Virus record (IMG/VR): IMGVR_UViG_3300014613_000065
Span: 1-32,606 of that record
DNA length: 32,606 nt
Direction: 5' to 3' (one strand)
Source: a virus
Lineage: Duplodnaviria; Caudoviricetes
Every line of letters begins with the position of its first letter. Position 1 is the first letter of the stretch. The translations under genes were made by a program, and so were the position numbers. This document shows, piece after piece, positions 1 to 8,780 of the stretch. Under the pieces are notes generated by a model. That model was not told where the DNA came from and searched no databases. It was given only the letters and a program-made list of their open reading frames with translations.

Positions 1-7
1 GTAAATT

Positions 8-343
8 ATGCCTATAGCAACAGGTAGTCAAGCACTAGCGGCAGATGTAAATGCGTTAAAATCCACATCAGGCAGTTATGCGGGAAATGATACTGAGAAC
101 AGAGCTATTCCTCATGGATTGAGTGCCGCTCCAAAACTTGTGATTTTAACGGTTACGGGGAGTCTGTATTGGTATCTTATACAAATAGGGCAAGATATTA
201 TATCGTACCAAAATGCCGCTGCAACAGGGGCATATGCTGTCACCGCCGTTAGCGCTACTGATTTTTATGTTGGTGATGCAGCTAGTTATCTCAATAGCGC
301 TAACCGTACCGGGGATACTTATTACTGGGTAGCGTTCCCATAA
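8..343 (+). CDS. Putative tail/tail-fibre-associated structural protein
   Basis: Beta-rich Gly/Ala/Thr sequence (SGSYAGND...IPHGL...PKLV...YYWVAF) typical of tail-fibre C-terminal modules; lies just before lysis-type genes. Confidence 0.45.
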   Translation: MPIATGSQALAADVNALKSTSGSYAGNDTENRAIPHGLSAAPKLVILTVTGSLYWYLIQIGQDIISYQNAAATGAYAVTAVSATDFYVGDAASYLNSANRTGDTYYWVAFP

Positions 344-355
344 AGAGAGGTTAAA

Positions 356-742
356 ATGAAATATTGGAAGCGAATAAACGTGCTAGGTGAAACTACAACG
401 GTCGAAAGTTACTCCTATGATTTACCTGTTGAAGGGGCTATTGAGATAGACGAGCAGGAATATAACGATTACTTAGCTTCACTACCGCCACCTCCACCGC
501 CAGTGCCCCCGATATCATCTCATATTTCAACCCTGGTATCGGTTGACGTGGCTAAGGCCAGGCCCGCTAAAGTCAAGAGGGTGTGGAATGGCCATGATTA
601 CCTTTATGACTGTTTCGTCACCCAGACTGTTAAAAACGAATACCAAGCCGGCAGTATTCAGATAGGGGATTTTTTGCTAGTCCACTTTGATGACACAGGT
701 GAGCAGGTAGTGACTGCTAAAGTATTCAAATCTTGGGCTTAG
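356..742 (+). CDS. Hypothetical protein, possible tail-fibre assembly helper with poly-Pro linker
   Basis: RBS GAGG; AIEIDEQEY motif followed by LPPPPPPVPP; position after tail gene. Confidence 0.4.
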   Translation: MKYWKRINVLGETTTVESYSYDLPVEGAIEIDEQEYNDYLASLPPPPPPVPPISSHISTLVSVDVAKARPAKVKRVWNGHDYLYDCFVTQTVKNEYQAGSIQIGDFLLVHFDDTGEQVVTAKVFKSWA

Positions 743-751
743 GAGACTGCT

Positions 752-1003
752 ATGCCAAACGGTCGAGAAATAATCAACGAGCTGGACTACAGGCAGCGAA
801 TCAAGATAATGGGTGACCGTGAACTCTCGGAATTTACGGCTTTCCAAGTATACGAGACGTGCATCATAGTCCAAAATCACGGCAAACGCATTGAAAAGAT
901 GGAGAGTCGGGACCGTAAAACCTTTGGCTACGTAGGCGGGATAGGTGGACTAATCGGAGCAATCATCGCAGGCACGATTGACTTCTTTATACGGAGGGGT
1001 TAA
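752..1003 (+). CDS. Holin-like / XhlA-like protein with C-terminal transmembrane helix
   Basis: RBS AGGAG; RIEKME coiled segment, then GYVGGIGGLIGAIIAGTIDFF and a basic tail. Confidence 0.5.
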   Translation: MPNGREIINELDYRQRIKIMGDRELSEFTAFQVYETCIIVQNHGKRIEKMESRDRKTFGYVGGIGGLIGAIIAGTIDFFIRRG

Positions 1004-1004
1004 G

Positions 1005-1451
1005 ATGCTTGGTTCGTTCTTTTGCGCAATATGCAAATCTCTGGGATGGTATACGGAATCTTACTCTGTGATAAACTCCGCGGGGAAGATAAATATAAAT
1101 CATATGTCATCTATCTTGCTGGACAAGTTAGATGAGATGGGTGATACGCAGGCAGATATCAAACTGCCGGATACCCCGTGCAAGGTTTATGATAAAGAAG
1201 AAGTTAAGAAGTTCCTATCCCTTGATGAGACTGATAAAATCCCCTATGTAGCAGAAGAACATGACTGTGATGATTTTGCTGCTAAACTATTCGGAAAGTT
1301 TGCTGGCCTAGTTTGGTCAAACGTTCATGCATTGAACTGGTTTGTTGACACTGACGATACGTTATGGTTTATAGAACCTCAACAGGATAAGATTTCGCAG
1401 AATCTTGAGAACTGGCAAGGTTACGATATTCAATTCTTTATCGGGAGGTAA
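1005..1451 (+). CDS. Papain/transglutaminase-like cysteine peptidase (MOA agglutinin C-terminal-like)
   Basis: DCDDFA...HALNWF...IEPQ gives a Cys-His-acid arrangement; RBS GGAGG precedes ATG 1005. Confidence 0.6.
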   Translation: MLGSFFCAICKSLGWYTESYSVINSAGKININHMSSILLDKLDEMGDTQADIKLPDTPCKVYDKEEVKKFLSLDETDKIPYVAEEHDCDDFAAKLFGKFAGLVWSNVHALNWFVDTDDTLWFIEPQQDKISQNLENWQGYDIQFFIGR

Positions 1452-1454
1452 GCC

Positions 1455-1685
1455 ATGGACTTTGATACGATAGCGCAGATAGCCGCAGTTGCCCTGTTCC
1501 TGATAAGTATAGTGCTCGGTTTGAAGTGGAAGCAGGCTAAAAACCTGTTAAAGCAGGTGGCTGAAGCTCTAACTGCCACCAGCGCTGCTCTAGAGGATGA
1601 TGACGTGACTGATATTGAGAGACGCAAGTTGTTGAAGGAATGGAGCGATGTTATCACGGCAGCAAAGTCCCTGATAGGAAAGTGA
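1455..1685 (+). CDS. Small membrane protein, holin-like
   Basis: N-terminal hydrophobic helix (IAAVALFLISIVLGL), charged C-terminus, RBS GGAGG. Confidence 0.5.
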   Translation: MDFDTIAQIAAVALFLISIVLGLKWKQAKNLLKQVAEALTATSAALEDDDVTDIERRKLLKEWSDVITAAKSLIGK

Positions 1686-1686
1686 A

Positions 1687-1860
1687 ATGCCGGATGATGC
1701 GGATGCAATAGAGCAACTTGAAATTGACGTTGACATGCTGGTAAATGCCGGCCACAAACAAGGCTTAAATTACTGGCAGATACTCAAGGTATTTTTAGTA
1801 AGGTGCGTAGACTTATATATCCAGGCTGAAGCCGAACACCATGTGAAAGGCAGTGGATAG
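1687..1860 (+). CDS. Hypothetical 57-aa protein
   Basis: Hand-translated MPDDADAIEQ...HHVKGSG; starts 1 nt after the previous stop; below ORF-track cutoff. Confidence 0.5.
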   Translation: MPDDADAIEQLEIDVDMLVNAGHKQGLNYWQILKVFLVRCVDLYIQAEAEHHVKGSG

Positions 1861-1929
1861 CCGCCGCGTGCCTCTACAATCGAAATCTAGGCGCATGTAG
1901 TTCTTATTGAGTGGTATTCTATCACCCTA

Positions 1930-1966
1930 CCCCTTTCCTTAACCGGAAAGGGGGATTTTTCTTTTT
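1930..1966 (+). terminator. Intrinsic terminator ending the late operon
   Basis: CCCCTTTCC-ttaacc-GGAAAGGGG followed by ATTTTTCTTTTT. Confidence 0.8.
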
Positions 1967-2007
1967 GTAAGAAGCAAAATAAATATTGGAATTATGCCGT
2001 TTAGGGC

Positions 2008-2036
2008 TTGACAAACGGTGTAGGTAGGTATATTAT
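2008..2036 (+). promoter_or_regulatory. sigma70-type promoter, probably leaderless
   Basis: TTGACA-N17-TATTAT, then 6 nt to ATG 2043; no SD sequence. Confidence 0.8.
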
Positions 2037-2042
2037 AGTTAT

Positions 2043-2414
2043 ATGGGAACTGAGAAAGAGCAAAAACAAATATTGTTATCAACGGATGACAAGAGGCTTA
2101 TATTAGAAAATGCTCACTATGTATGCTCTAGATGTGGAAAGTCAGGTAAACCCTCCACTAAGAAGCATCGGTATCTACATATTCATCATAGAGATGAAAA
2201 CCCCTTTAACAACAGCCCTACTAATTTAGAAGTTCTATGTGTGAAATGCCATATTAAGCACCATCTTTTGGTTAATTTAGGTATCATCTGCAAAAAGTGC
2301 AGCTCAACTCAGATAGTAAAACTTGGCTTCAAGGTGACAAAGCTAGGTCAATTGCAACGCTATCAATGCAAGAAATGCGGGTATGTGTTTACTGGCAAAG
2401 GGGATGAGAGATGA
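2043..2414 (+). CDS. HNH endonuclease fused to a C-terminal zinc ribbon
   Basis: CSRCG...LHIHHRDENPFNNSPTNLEVLCVKCH; CKKC...QRYQCKKCG (IS1 InsA-like ribbon). Confidence 0.8.
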   Translation: MGTEKEQKQILLSTDDKRLILENAHYVCSRCGKSGKPSTKKHRYLHIHHRDENPFNNSPTNLEVLCVKCHIKHHLLVNLGIICKKCSSTQIVKLGFKVTKLGQLQRYQCKKCGYVFTGKGDER

Positions 2415-2959
2415 ATAATACTAATCAGTTATTATTGATAAAATCCCCCTGTCCTATTTGCGGGCAAGAGTCTGAAAATATTGTCAAGCATCATTGGTAT
2501 GAATTGCCTGATTTGAAATTGTATGAAAGGGAAATATGCCAGTCTTGTAACATGGTATTAAGAACTCATCGCTTCTATTCATCCAGATTTTATCGAGAGC
2601 ATAAGAACAACCTTCACCATATTCTGCCACCATGGGATGAGCAATTAAAACTTATCCAAACTGTGCTGGAACGCAAAGCTCAGGCTGAGTTGAAATGCCG
2701 AGCTAAATTGGAACGTAAAATTCAGAAAGCCCAAAAAGAGGCGGAGCGGGAAGCACCATTTCCTGAACCAATTGAATACCGCAACTATATAGTAGACTCC
2801 GATATTTGCGATGACTCTGATAGCATTTATTATAGGGTGCAAATTGGTTTTGAGACATTGGAACAAGCCAAGAAGTGTATCGACAAATGGTTAGACTCAG
2901 GAGATATATCTGAGGACTTCTGGAGTGTCTGTAACCGGCCACCAGACCGCGTAGAATAG
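2411..2959 (+). CDS. Hypothetical protein with N-terminal Zn-binding, HNH/EndoVII-like motif
   Basis: CPICG...HHWY...ICQSCN; ATGA overlap with the upstream HNH gene. Confidence 0.5.
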   Translation: MNNTNQLLLIKSPCPICGQESENIVKHHWYELPDLKLYEREICQSCNMVLRTHRFYSSRFYREHKNNLHHILPPWDEQLKLIQTVLERKAQAELKCRAKLERKIQKAQKEAEREAPFPEPIEYRNYIVDSDICDDSDSIYYRVQIGFETLEQAKKCIDKWLDSGDISEDFWSVCNRPPDRVE

Positions 2960-3012
2960 AAATCTAGGCGATTTGTGTCGTTATCTAAGGAATTGTATAA
3001 GGAGGTCAGTAA

Positions 3013-3165
3013 ATGAATGAGGTTGTTGACACTGTAAAGATGCTGATAAAAAAGGGATTGACGGAAGATGAAGCTATGGCGGAGGTTGAATCGAAACTAC
3101 ACTGTAGCCTGCCACCCAAAGTAAGGGAAATCACACTTGAGCAGTTGAGACTGGAACGCTACTAG
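3013..3165 (+). CDS. Hypothetical 50-aa protein
   Basis: Strong RBS AAGGAGGT; hand-translated MNEVVDTVKML...LERY. Confidence 0.55.
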   Translation: MNEVVDTVKMLIKKGLTEDEAMAEVESKLHCSLPPKVREITLEQLRLERY

Positions 3166-3373
3166 GGGGGATAATATGGAGAACACAGGACAAACTAAAG
3201 GGGAATTGTACTTAGTATCAGAGACTGAATACGACCACATTATTTACCTCAGGGATAAACCCAACAGGCGAGACAAAATAGTAGCAAGATTTATCAATTA
3301 ACCCCAATAGTGATATATTTTACAAAGCCTGCGAAAAAGCAAGAGTAGCCCTAGCCAAAGGGGAGGGAGTAAA

Positions 3374-3565
3374 ATGAGACTATTCAAACGTAAAGCAGAT
3401 AAACAGCGCGAGGCAATCATGGACCAAATCATAGCAGCTACCAAAGATGGCTATTGTGTCATCCTGGGTGAAACGCCAACTGGAACGAGAGTCATAATTC
3501 TTGGCTGTGATAAACTGGCACAACAACTAGAGGAAATTGCCAATAAGGAGGAAGTAATACTATGA
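3374..3565 (+). CDS. Hypothetical protein
   Basis: RBS GGAG; ATGA overlap with the next gene. Confidence 0.55.
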   Translation: MRLFKRKADKQREAIMDQIIAATKDGYCVILGETPTGTRVIILGCDKLAQQLEEIANKEEVIL

Positions 3566-4893
3566 AGTGCGCACGACACAATGTAGAGTTTGACCCATTG
3601 GAAGGAGAGGGATGTCCGCAGTGCATTGACGAACTCTGGCATGATGCCACCGACCCGCCGAATGATGAGATGGAGGATGGCCTTAATTCGGAAGTGCTGA
3701 CTCTGGCAAAGCCAAACATCGTCAAGGTGCAATACTATTCCGAGACCACCGGGGAACTAAGCCTACGGGAATATACCTATTACTCAGCAGACAAGCTCAA
3801 TGTAGGAGACATCGTTATCGTACCGGTAAGGGATACCACTGGCAAAGCGAAGGTCAGCGCTATTGACGTGCCTGAAGCAGAGATAGCCGCTTTCAAGGAC
3901 AAGGTTAAGACGATACCAGCAGGGTCAATCCGGCCTAGTCCCGCAACTGAAGCACCAGAAGTCGAATTACCAGTGGGCGGTTTGGCGGAAGCGGCACGGG
4001 CAGCGGGGGCAGAAGTTCACGCCGTAGCCTTTGAAAATATGGCTGTCAATCTTGGTATTATGCCGAAACCAGAAATAAACCTATGTGACACTTGTAGCAA
4101 ACGAAAAGATTATCCTATGTGCTGCTCGCCCGATATTATCTTCGGCGACGGTGTGGGGAATGACAATATTATCAAGTGTAGCAATTACGACAATGGGGAA
4201 GCCAAACCTTGCACGATACCACTCACTGTGGTAATCACTCCAGAACCCGAAACCGCCTTAGCCCTCCGGCCCGGGGCAGATATCGAAGCCATGAACTGGC
4301 ACGCCGAAGCCCTGAAAGCCCTGGCCTATGCTAACGACAGGAAAGTCACCAACGCCGACGAATACGCGCTGGCCAGCGATGACCTCAGTATTGTGTCGAA
4401 GCTCAAGAAGCTAATGATAGCGAGGCGCAAGGAATTGCTCGACCCGCTGAAGGCCGAGTCAGACGCCATCCGAGAGACTTACACTTTTCTCATGGAGCCT
4501 GTTGATAAAGCAGACCAAATCACCCGCGCGAAGATGACGGCCTATCTCTCCGAGCAAGCCCGAATCAAAGCGGAGCAAGAGCGGATAAATCAGCTCCGGA
4601 TGGAGGCAGCCCAGAAAGAGGCAGCCCTTTCTGGAACTGGTGAGATAACCGAGTCGGTGAACCTGATACCGGTCCAGATGGATACTCCTAAGTCGATAAA
4701 AACGGCACTTGGAAGCTCAGGACTCACGGATCACTGGACTTATGAAATCATAGATATCAGTTTAATCCCGCGAGAGTATATGATGCCCGACACCGTCTTA
4801 TTGGGGAACACGGCCAAGAAGTACCATGACACGAAGCCAGTTGACGGAGTCCGCTTTATCAATAAGCCCTTCATGTCGAACCGAGCGAGGTAG
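3562..4893 (+). CDS. Multidomain early protein with long coiled coil, adjacent to the recombinase
   Basis: N-terminal CxxH/CxxC, REYTY...VGDIVIVP small beta domain, Cys-rich insert, coiled coil, C-terminal WTYEIIDISLIPREY..GVRF motif recalled from phage recombination modules. Confidence 0.55.
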   Translation: MKCARHNVEFDPLEGEGCPQCIDELWHDATDPPNDEMEDGLNSEVLTLAKPNIVKVQYYSETTGELSLREYTYYSADKLNVGDIVIVPVRDTTGKAKVSAIDVPEAEIAAFKDKVKTIPAGSIRPSPATEAPEVELPVGGLAEAARAAGAEVHAVAFENMAVNLGIMPKPEINLCDTCSKRKDYPMCCSPDIIFGDGVGNDNIIKCSNYDNGEAKPCTIPLTVVITPEPETALALRPGADIEAMNWHAEALKALAYANDRKVTNADEYALASDDLSIVSKLKKLMIARRKELLDPLKAESDAIRETYTFLMEPVDKADQITRAKMTAYLSEQARIKAEQERINQLRMEAAQKEAALSGTGEITESVNLIPVQMDTPKSIKTALGSSGLTDHWTYEIIDISLIPREYMMPDTVLLGNTAKKYHDTKPVDGVRFINKPFMSNRAR

Positions 4894-4895
4894 AT

Positions 4896-6182
4896 GTGGG
4901 ATATTATTTAAGTAGCGATGACCGGAAACTTGTAAAGAAACTGCTCAAACATCAAGCCTGCGCTGAATGTGGAGGTCGGCTTGAGGCACTCTACGATATG
5001 GAGAAAAAGCTACCATATCTTCAATGCAAAGCCAATCCTCAGCACGAGGGCATCGAGCGCGAGGCTAGCCGTTATGAAATGAATGGTTTATCATCCCTCA
5101 ATATCCCTACAAGAAGGGAAATATTAAAAAAGGAGTTTGGAACAGAAATGACAACGCAACTAGAAAAGTATCAAGGTGGAGGCCAACTAACCCAAGAAGC
5201 CGCAATGACTATCCTGAAACTTGTTTATCCTAACTGCCCGGAGCCTGAGATAATCCGGACAGCTATCCTGTGCAGAGACTTCGGGTTACACCCGCTTATG
5301 AAAGAAGTCTATCTGATACCATTCAAGAATAAAAAAGGCGGCGATGACTATGCAACAGTTATCGGCATTACAGCTAATCGAAAGATAGCATCAGCGAAGA
5401 AAGGTGCCTTCTCATTCTTGGATGATACCCCACGGGCTGCCAGTCATGCGGAGATTGTGAAGCAGTTTGGCGATAACAGTCAAGAGGAACAAGAAAATCT
5501 CATTTCAATCTGCCAATTGAAAGGTGAGAAAGGGAATACTGCAACTGGCTTTGGATTATGGCCAAAAAATTCGAATCCCTACGGCATTGACAAAGGAAAT
5601 ACTAAACGGAATATGGCGAATATCCGCAGTGAGAGACAGGCGCTTGACCGATTGCCTGGTGAAGCGCTACCTCTCAAGGGGATAGAGGTCATAGATGAGG
5701 CCTATGCCGAAGTGCCAGATGTCGGCAAGGTAAATACCAGAACCGGCGAGATAATCGATGGTGAGTCCAGGGAACTCCCTGAAAGCGAGCCGGAGTCAGT
5801 TCCACCGACAAAAGAGCACTGGTGCGAAGTTCATAATTGCGCTTTTGAACTAAAGACCGGAAAGTTCGGGGCGTTTTATGCACACAAAAAGCCTGAAGGT
5901 GGCTGGTGTAATGAGAAAAAGAAAAAGGAAGAGCCACCAATGGCTGAGCCAGAACCAGAGCCAGTGCAAGAACTGGTTGAAGATGAGAAGCAGCCTAGCC
6001 AGGGACAAGGATGGCCTCACCTATCTACTGTCGGGGAACTCTTTACCAGGGGGAAGAATTATAACCTGACCCGACAAGAGGTATTTATAATCAATGAGAT
6101 AACGGACTCTTCCGAACTCTCAGACTTGGATGAGGCATGGCTAAGGGTGGCTAAAGACAAGGGATTTACTCAGCCGGAATAG
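4896..6182 (+). CDS. RecT/Red-beta-like single-strand annealing protein with Zn-binding extensions
   Basis: CRDFGLHPLMKEVYLIPF...NMANIRSERQAL matches the RecT/Bet core; CAECG at the N-terminus; WCEVH...HK..WC near the C-terminus. Confidence 0.65.
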   Translation: MGYYLSSDDRKLVKKLLKHQACAECGGRLEALYDMEKKLPYLQCKANPQHEGIEREASRYEMNGLSSLNIPTRREILKKEFGTEMTTQLEKYQGGGQLTQEAAMTILKLVYPNCPEPEIIRTAILCRDFGLHPLMKEVYLIPFKNKKGGDDYATVIGITANRKIASAKKGAFSFLDDTPRAASHAEIVKQFGDNSQEEQENLISICQLKGEKGNTATGFGLWPKNSNPYGIDKGNTKRNMANIRSERQALDRLPGEALPLKGIEVIDEAYAEVPDVGKVNTRTGEIIDGESRELPESEPESVPPTKEHWCEVHNCAFELKTGKFGAFYAHKKPEGGWCNEKKKKEEPPMAEPEPEPVQELVEDEKQPSQGQGWPHLSTVGELFTRGKNYNLTRQEVFIINEITDSSELSDLDEAWLRVAKDKGFTQPE

Positions 6183-6188
6183 GCATAA

Positions 6189-6537
6189 GAACCTTAACAA
6201 CTGAATAGAGAGGAGATAGTTGACTTGGGTCTGGCCTTCAAACGACTCCTTATTAAACGGTAGCAAGGCCAGCACAAGAAGCCTGAGTTGAAACGGCGTT
6301 TCGCTAGAGTTCGCTCAGGCAAAGCCAGCTACAGCCTCGATGCTTGAGAGGACTGTCGTAGGATGGTTCGGCTGGCTACCAGCCGAAAGGGATGGTAAAA
6401 TTTCCTGACACCGAAACCATAAGCGGGGGTAGGCTGGCAAAGGGGTAAGTAAGGTGGGGTGATACGGATACTTAATGGTGTGGTGAGTCATGATGTAGTA
6501 AACCCTACTAGACGGATGTGGCACACCAGCCCCACCT
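6189..6537 (+). ncRNA. Tandem array of predicted structured RNA elements
   Basis: Consecutive closing stems at 6231-38/6265-72, 6281-87/6314-20, 6323-29/6371-77, 6379-84/6432-37, 6452-59/6530-37; no credible + strand ORF. Confidence 0.5.
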
Positions 6538-6568
6538 GAAAGCCAAACTAACAGGAGAAGAAAGAATA

Positions 6569-6766
6569 ATGGATAAAGTTCAATTTGTTTGGTGGTGGAG
6601 GTGGCCACGGTTTAAGTGGTGGCACTTCCCTCGACATCCATCAGGTTATTACGAATTTGTTTCACATCCGATGTTTTATGGTTTGTATCTAGGGATAGTT
6701 GAAATAAGGTTTTGGCCAAAGATAGAGAAGATGGAGGAAGCAGGAGACGGTAATGCCAAAAGGTAA
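6569..6766 (+). CDS. Hypothetical Trp/aromatic-rich protein
   Basis: ATG 6569 after AGGAG; overlaps the next gene start. Confidence 0.5.
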   Translation: MDKVQFVWWWRWPRFKWWHFPRHPSGYYEFVSHPMFYGLYLGIVEIRFWPKIEKMEEAGDGNAKR

Positions 6767-6953
6767 GTATAAAACTAGTGGAGATGGGCAGCCTCATTAC
6801 TGGCGGCTTGATACCTATGAGATATATGTCTCGCGGGGTGTCTGCGACTGCGGGGCCATCAAGTTCTTTGCCAATGATTTAAGCAAGCAGTCACAACAGC
6901 GTGCCGAGTACCTCACCCAGAAGAAAGGTAAGAAAGGTTGCGGGCACAGATAA
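6753..6953 (+). CDS. Hypothetical small His/Cys protein
   Basis: RBS AGGAG; PHYW...VCDCG. Confidence 0.55.
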   Translation: MPKGKYKTSGDGQPHYWRLDTYEIYVSRGVCDCGAIKFFANDLSKQSQQRAEYLTQKKGKKGCGHR

Positions 6954-6963
6954 GGAGGGAAAG

Positions 6964-7212
6964 ATGGTAGAAGCCGAGGAAACTTTTAAGACTCCCTGGG
7001 AGCAAGCGAAGCGAACGGGCAAAACGATTATCACACCTATAATCGGGCCAATGATAGGAGTCTACTATCCGTATCGCAAGAGTGGCGACCTTTATGTGGC
7101 ATTGAAAGATTCGCCGGTATTCTGTTGCCAGTGTGAAGCCGAGTTCTCATTTGAGGAATTACCTCAGCATATAGATAGCCACGACCGTCGGAGAAAGAAA
7201 GCTAGACAGTAG
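6964..7212 (+). CDS. Hypothetical protein with C2H2-like zinc finger
   Basis: RBS AGGAGG; CCQCEAEFSFEELPQHIDSH. Confidence 0.55.
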   Translation: MVEAEETFKTPWEQAKRTGKTIITPIIGPMIGVYYPYRKSGDLYVALKDSPVFCCQCEAEFSFEELPQHIDSHDRRRKKARQ

Positions 7213-7241
7213 GAGAATACTGTGAGCCAAAAGGTGGAAAT

Positions 7242-7448
7242 ATGACAGCTTATATCACCGGCATAATTGGGGCATGGCTTTTCAGTGATGGCTTGTTAAG
7301 CATCTTCCTTTACTTAAATGAAATCGGCTACCACGGGAAAAAGCAGACTTGGCGCCGGGACCACTGGATCCGTTGTGTCCGGATGGGGCTGGGGTTAATA
7401 CTAATCGGGATTGGAGCTGCTGAATTGATAAATCGAGGGATAGCATGA
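7242..7448 (+). CDS. Small two-TM membrane protein
   Basis: Two hydrophobic segments separated by a basic loop. Confidence 0.55.
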   Translation: MTAYITGIIGAWLFSDGLLSIFLYLNEIGYHGKKQTWRRDHWIRCVRMGLGLILIGIGAAELINRGIA

Positions 7449-7543
7449 GTAGTTTTACTACCCCGCTGGTGGTCTCGCCTTTAACTGATGGCCGGCGCTG
7501 GCGGCTGCCATTGGGTCGAAGAGGATCTGTGTTCAGCCTGTGA
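7445..7543 (+). pseudogene. Truncated DUF1353-like gene
   Basis: MSSFTTPLVVSPLTDGRRWRL resembles recalled DUF1353 N-termini; stops after 32 aa. Confidence 0.45.
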
Positions 7544-7633
7544 AGCCTAAGAGTAAACAGTAGCCAAGTACTGTGTGAGATCGCGCAAGGGCCTGAGGCT
7601 AATAAACATTAGTGAAAGGAACAAGTGAATATG

Positions 7634-7753
7634 GCCACCTGCCTTTACCACCGCTGACGTAGGTCGGCGTGTAACGGAGAGGGCGCAGGGATAGTGTAAA
7701 AGGATGACATATCCCATGTTTACCCCTGAGACATCCGAGCGGCACCAGGTGGC
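7634..7753 (+). ncRNA. Predicted multibranch RNA structure
   Basis: 8-bp closing stem GCCACCTG/CAGGTGGC enclosing a GC-rich intergenic segment with internal hairpins. Confidence 0.4.
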
Positions 7754-7787
7754 TAATTAACAGTATAAGCATACCGTGAGGAGGTGA

Positions 7788-8048
7788 ATGATTAAAATGG
7801 TTAAAAAGGATAAAACCGAAGACAAGATGCAATTGGACTGGGGCGAAAAAACCAGGTTACATGAGATTGGAGATTTGAGGGGAACGTTAATAGAACTCCA
7901 AAATGCTCTTATACCACTTGGAAGGCAGATTGTAATGAGGCAGCGAATATGGTGGGATAGAGTGCTAGATGCTCGAGGACTTGATAGAAAAGATGGTGAA
8001 TATACAACAGATGGCAAGAAAGTCATTCTGAATCAAGAAAGGAAATAA
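7788..8048 (+). CDS. Hypothetical protein
   Basis: RBS GAGGAGGTG upstream. Confidence 0.55.
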   Translation: MIKMVKKDKTEDKMQLDWGEKTRLHEIGDLRGTLIELQNALIPLGRQIVMRQRIWWDRVLDARGLDRKDGEYTTDGKKVILNQERK

Positions 8049-8186
8049 ACAGTAGGAGAATACCATGAAGTGTGAAACATGCAAGCACTGGAAGATACTG
8101 AACCAGCGTCATATTGTTGACGGGAAGCCGGTGAAAACCTGTGATATTGGTGAGTATCCTGGCTGCTGCAAAGGAGAGATGGAGCT

Positions 8187-8255
8187 ATGCGATGGAATAA
8201 CTTAGAATTACCAGAACCTTACTATCAGGATGATGCGGTCTATATCATTCATGGG
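8187..8255 (+). pseudogene. Orphaned 5' end of a DNA methyltransferase gene
   Basis: MRWNNLELPEPYYQDDAVYIIHG aligns with KPYFKDDSVAIYNR(DCREIL) of 8809..9606; ends exactly at the LAGLIDADG stop codon. Confidence 0.75.
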
Positions 8256-8759
8256 CTAAATCATGCTTTGTTGGCTAATCCTGTTATCATGAAGCGAGCG
8301 CAATTCTTCAAACAATTTGGTGCGGTAATCTACTACTTCTATCGGGAGAGGGTTAGCACCCTTACGCCCTTTGGACATCCAGCTATACTTGAGCTTGTTA
8401 ATATTCTCCTGCAAAAGCATACAAATCTCTGCCTGTCTCTGCTTCACTTTAAGGAAAGGAAAAAGGTCTTTGGCAATATGGTATGCTTCTTTAGAGGATA
8501 CAGTCCAGTAGTAGTTTGGCCTCCAGCCATTAGTCTTTTCACCTTTCTTTTGCCTAGCTTGGCGCAACCTTACCGCACCTCCAAACTCTTTTGCCAGTAT
8601 ATCAGGAATAATGGAATCCACCTGACAAAATCCTACACCAAGATAGAACGAGAAATTAGCCCTACCGCCACCAGATTCAGGTTTTATTTTACGAATCATA
8701 AACCAACCATCAGAGTCCATAGCACCAGCCAAGTAAGCCTTTTCAATATCATTCAACAT
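8256..8759 (-). CDS. Single-motif LAGLIDADG homing endonuclease
   Basis: EKAYLAGAMDSDGWF; FPFLKVKQRQAEI; own RBS AGGAGGT and promoter. Confidence 0.9.
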   Translation of the reverse strand: MLNDIEKAYLAGAMDSDGWFMIRKIKPESGGGRANFSFYLGVGFCQVDSIIPDILAKEFGGAVRLRQARQKKGEKTNGWRPNYYWTVSSKEAYHIAKDLFPFLKVKQRQAEICMLLQENINKLKYSWMSKGRKGANPLPIEVVDYRTKLFEELRSLHDNRISQQSMI

Positions 8760-8780
8760 ACTACTTTACCTCCTATCTAT

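Noticed and set aside
2285-2414. IS1-like element suggested by the InsA-type zinc ribbon
   Set aside because: No DDE transposase or terminal inverted repeats; the ribbon is simply fused to an HNH domain.
3176-3376. Programmed frameshift joining MENTGQTK... to ...KARVALAKGEGVK
   Set aside because: No slippery sequence seen; more likely a decayed accessory gene.
6324-6381. tRNA gene (GGTTCG and a terminal ACCA are present)
   Set aside because: A cloverleaf with proper D, anticodon and T arms could not be built; kept only as part of the structured array.
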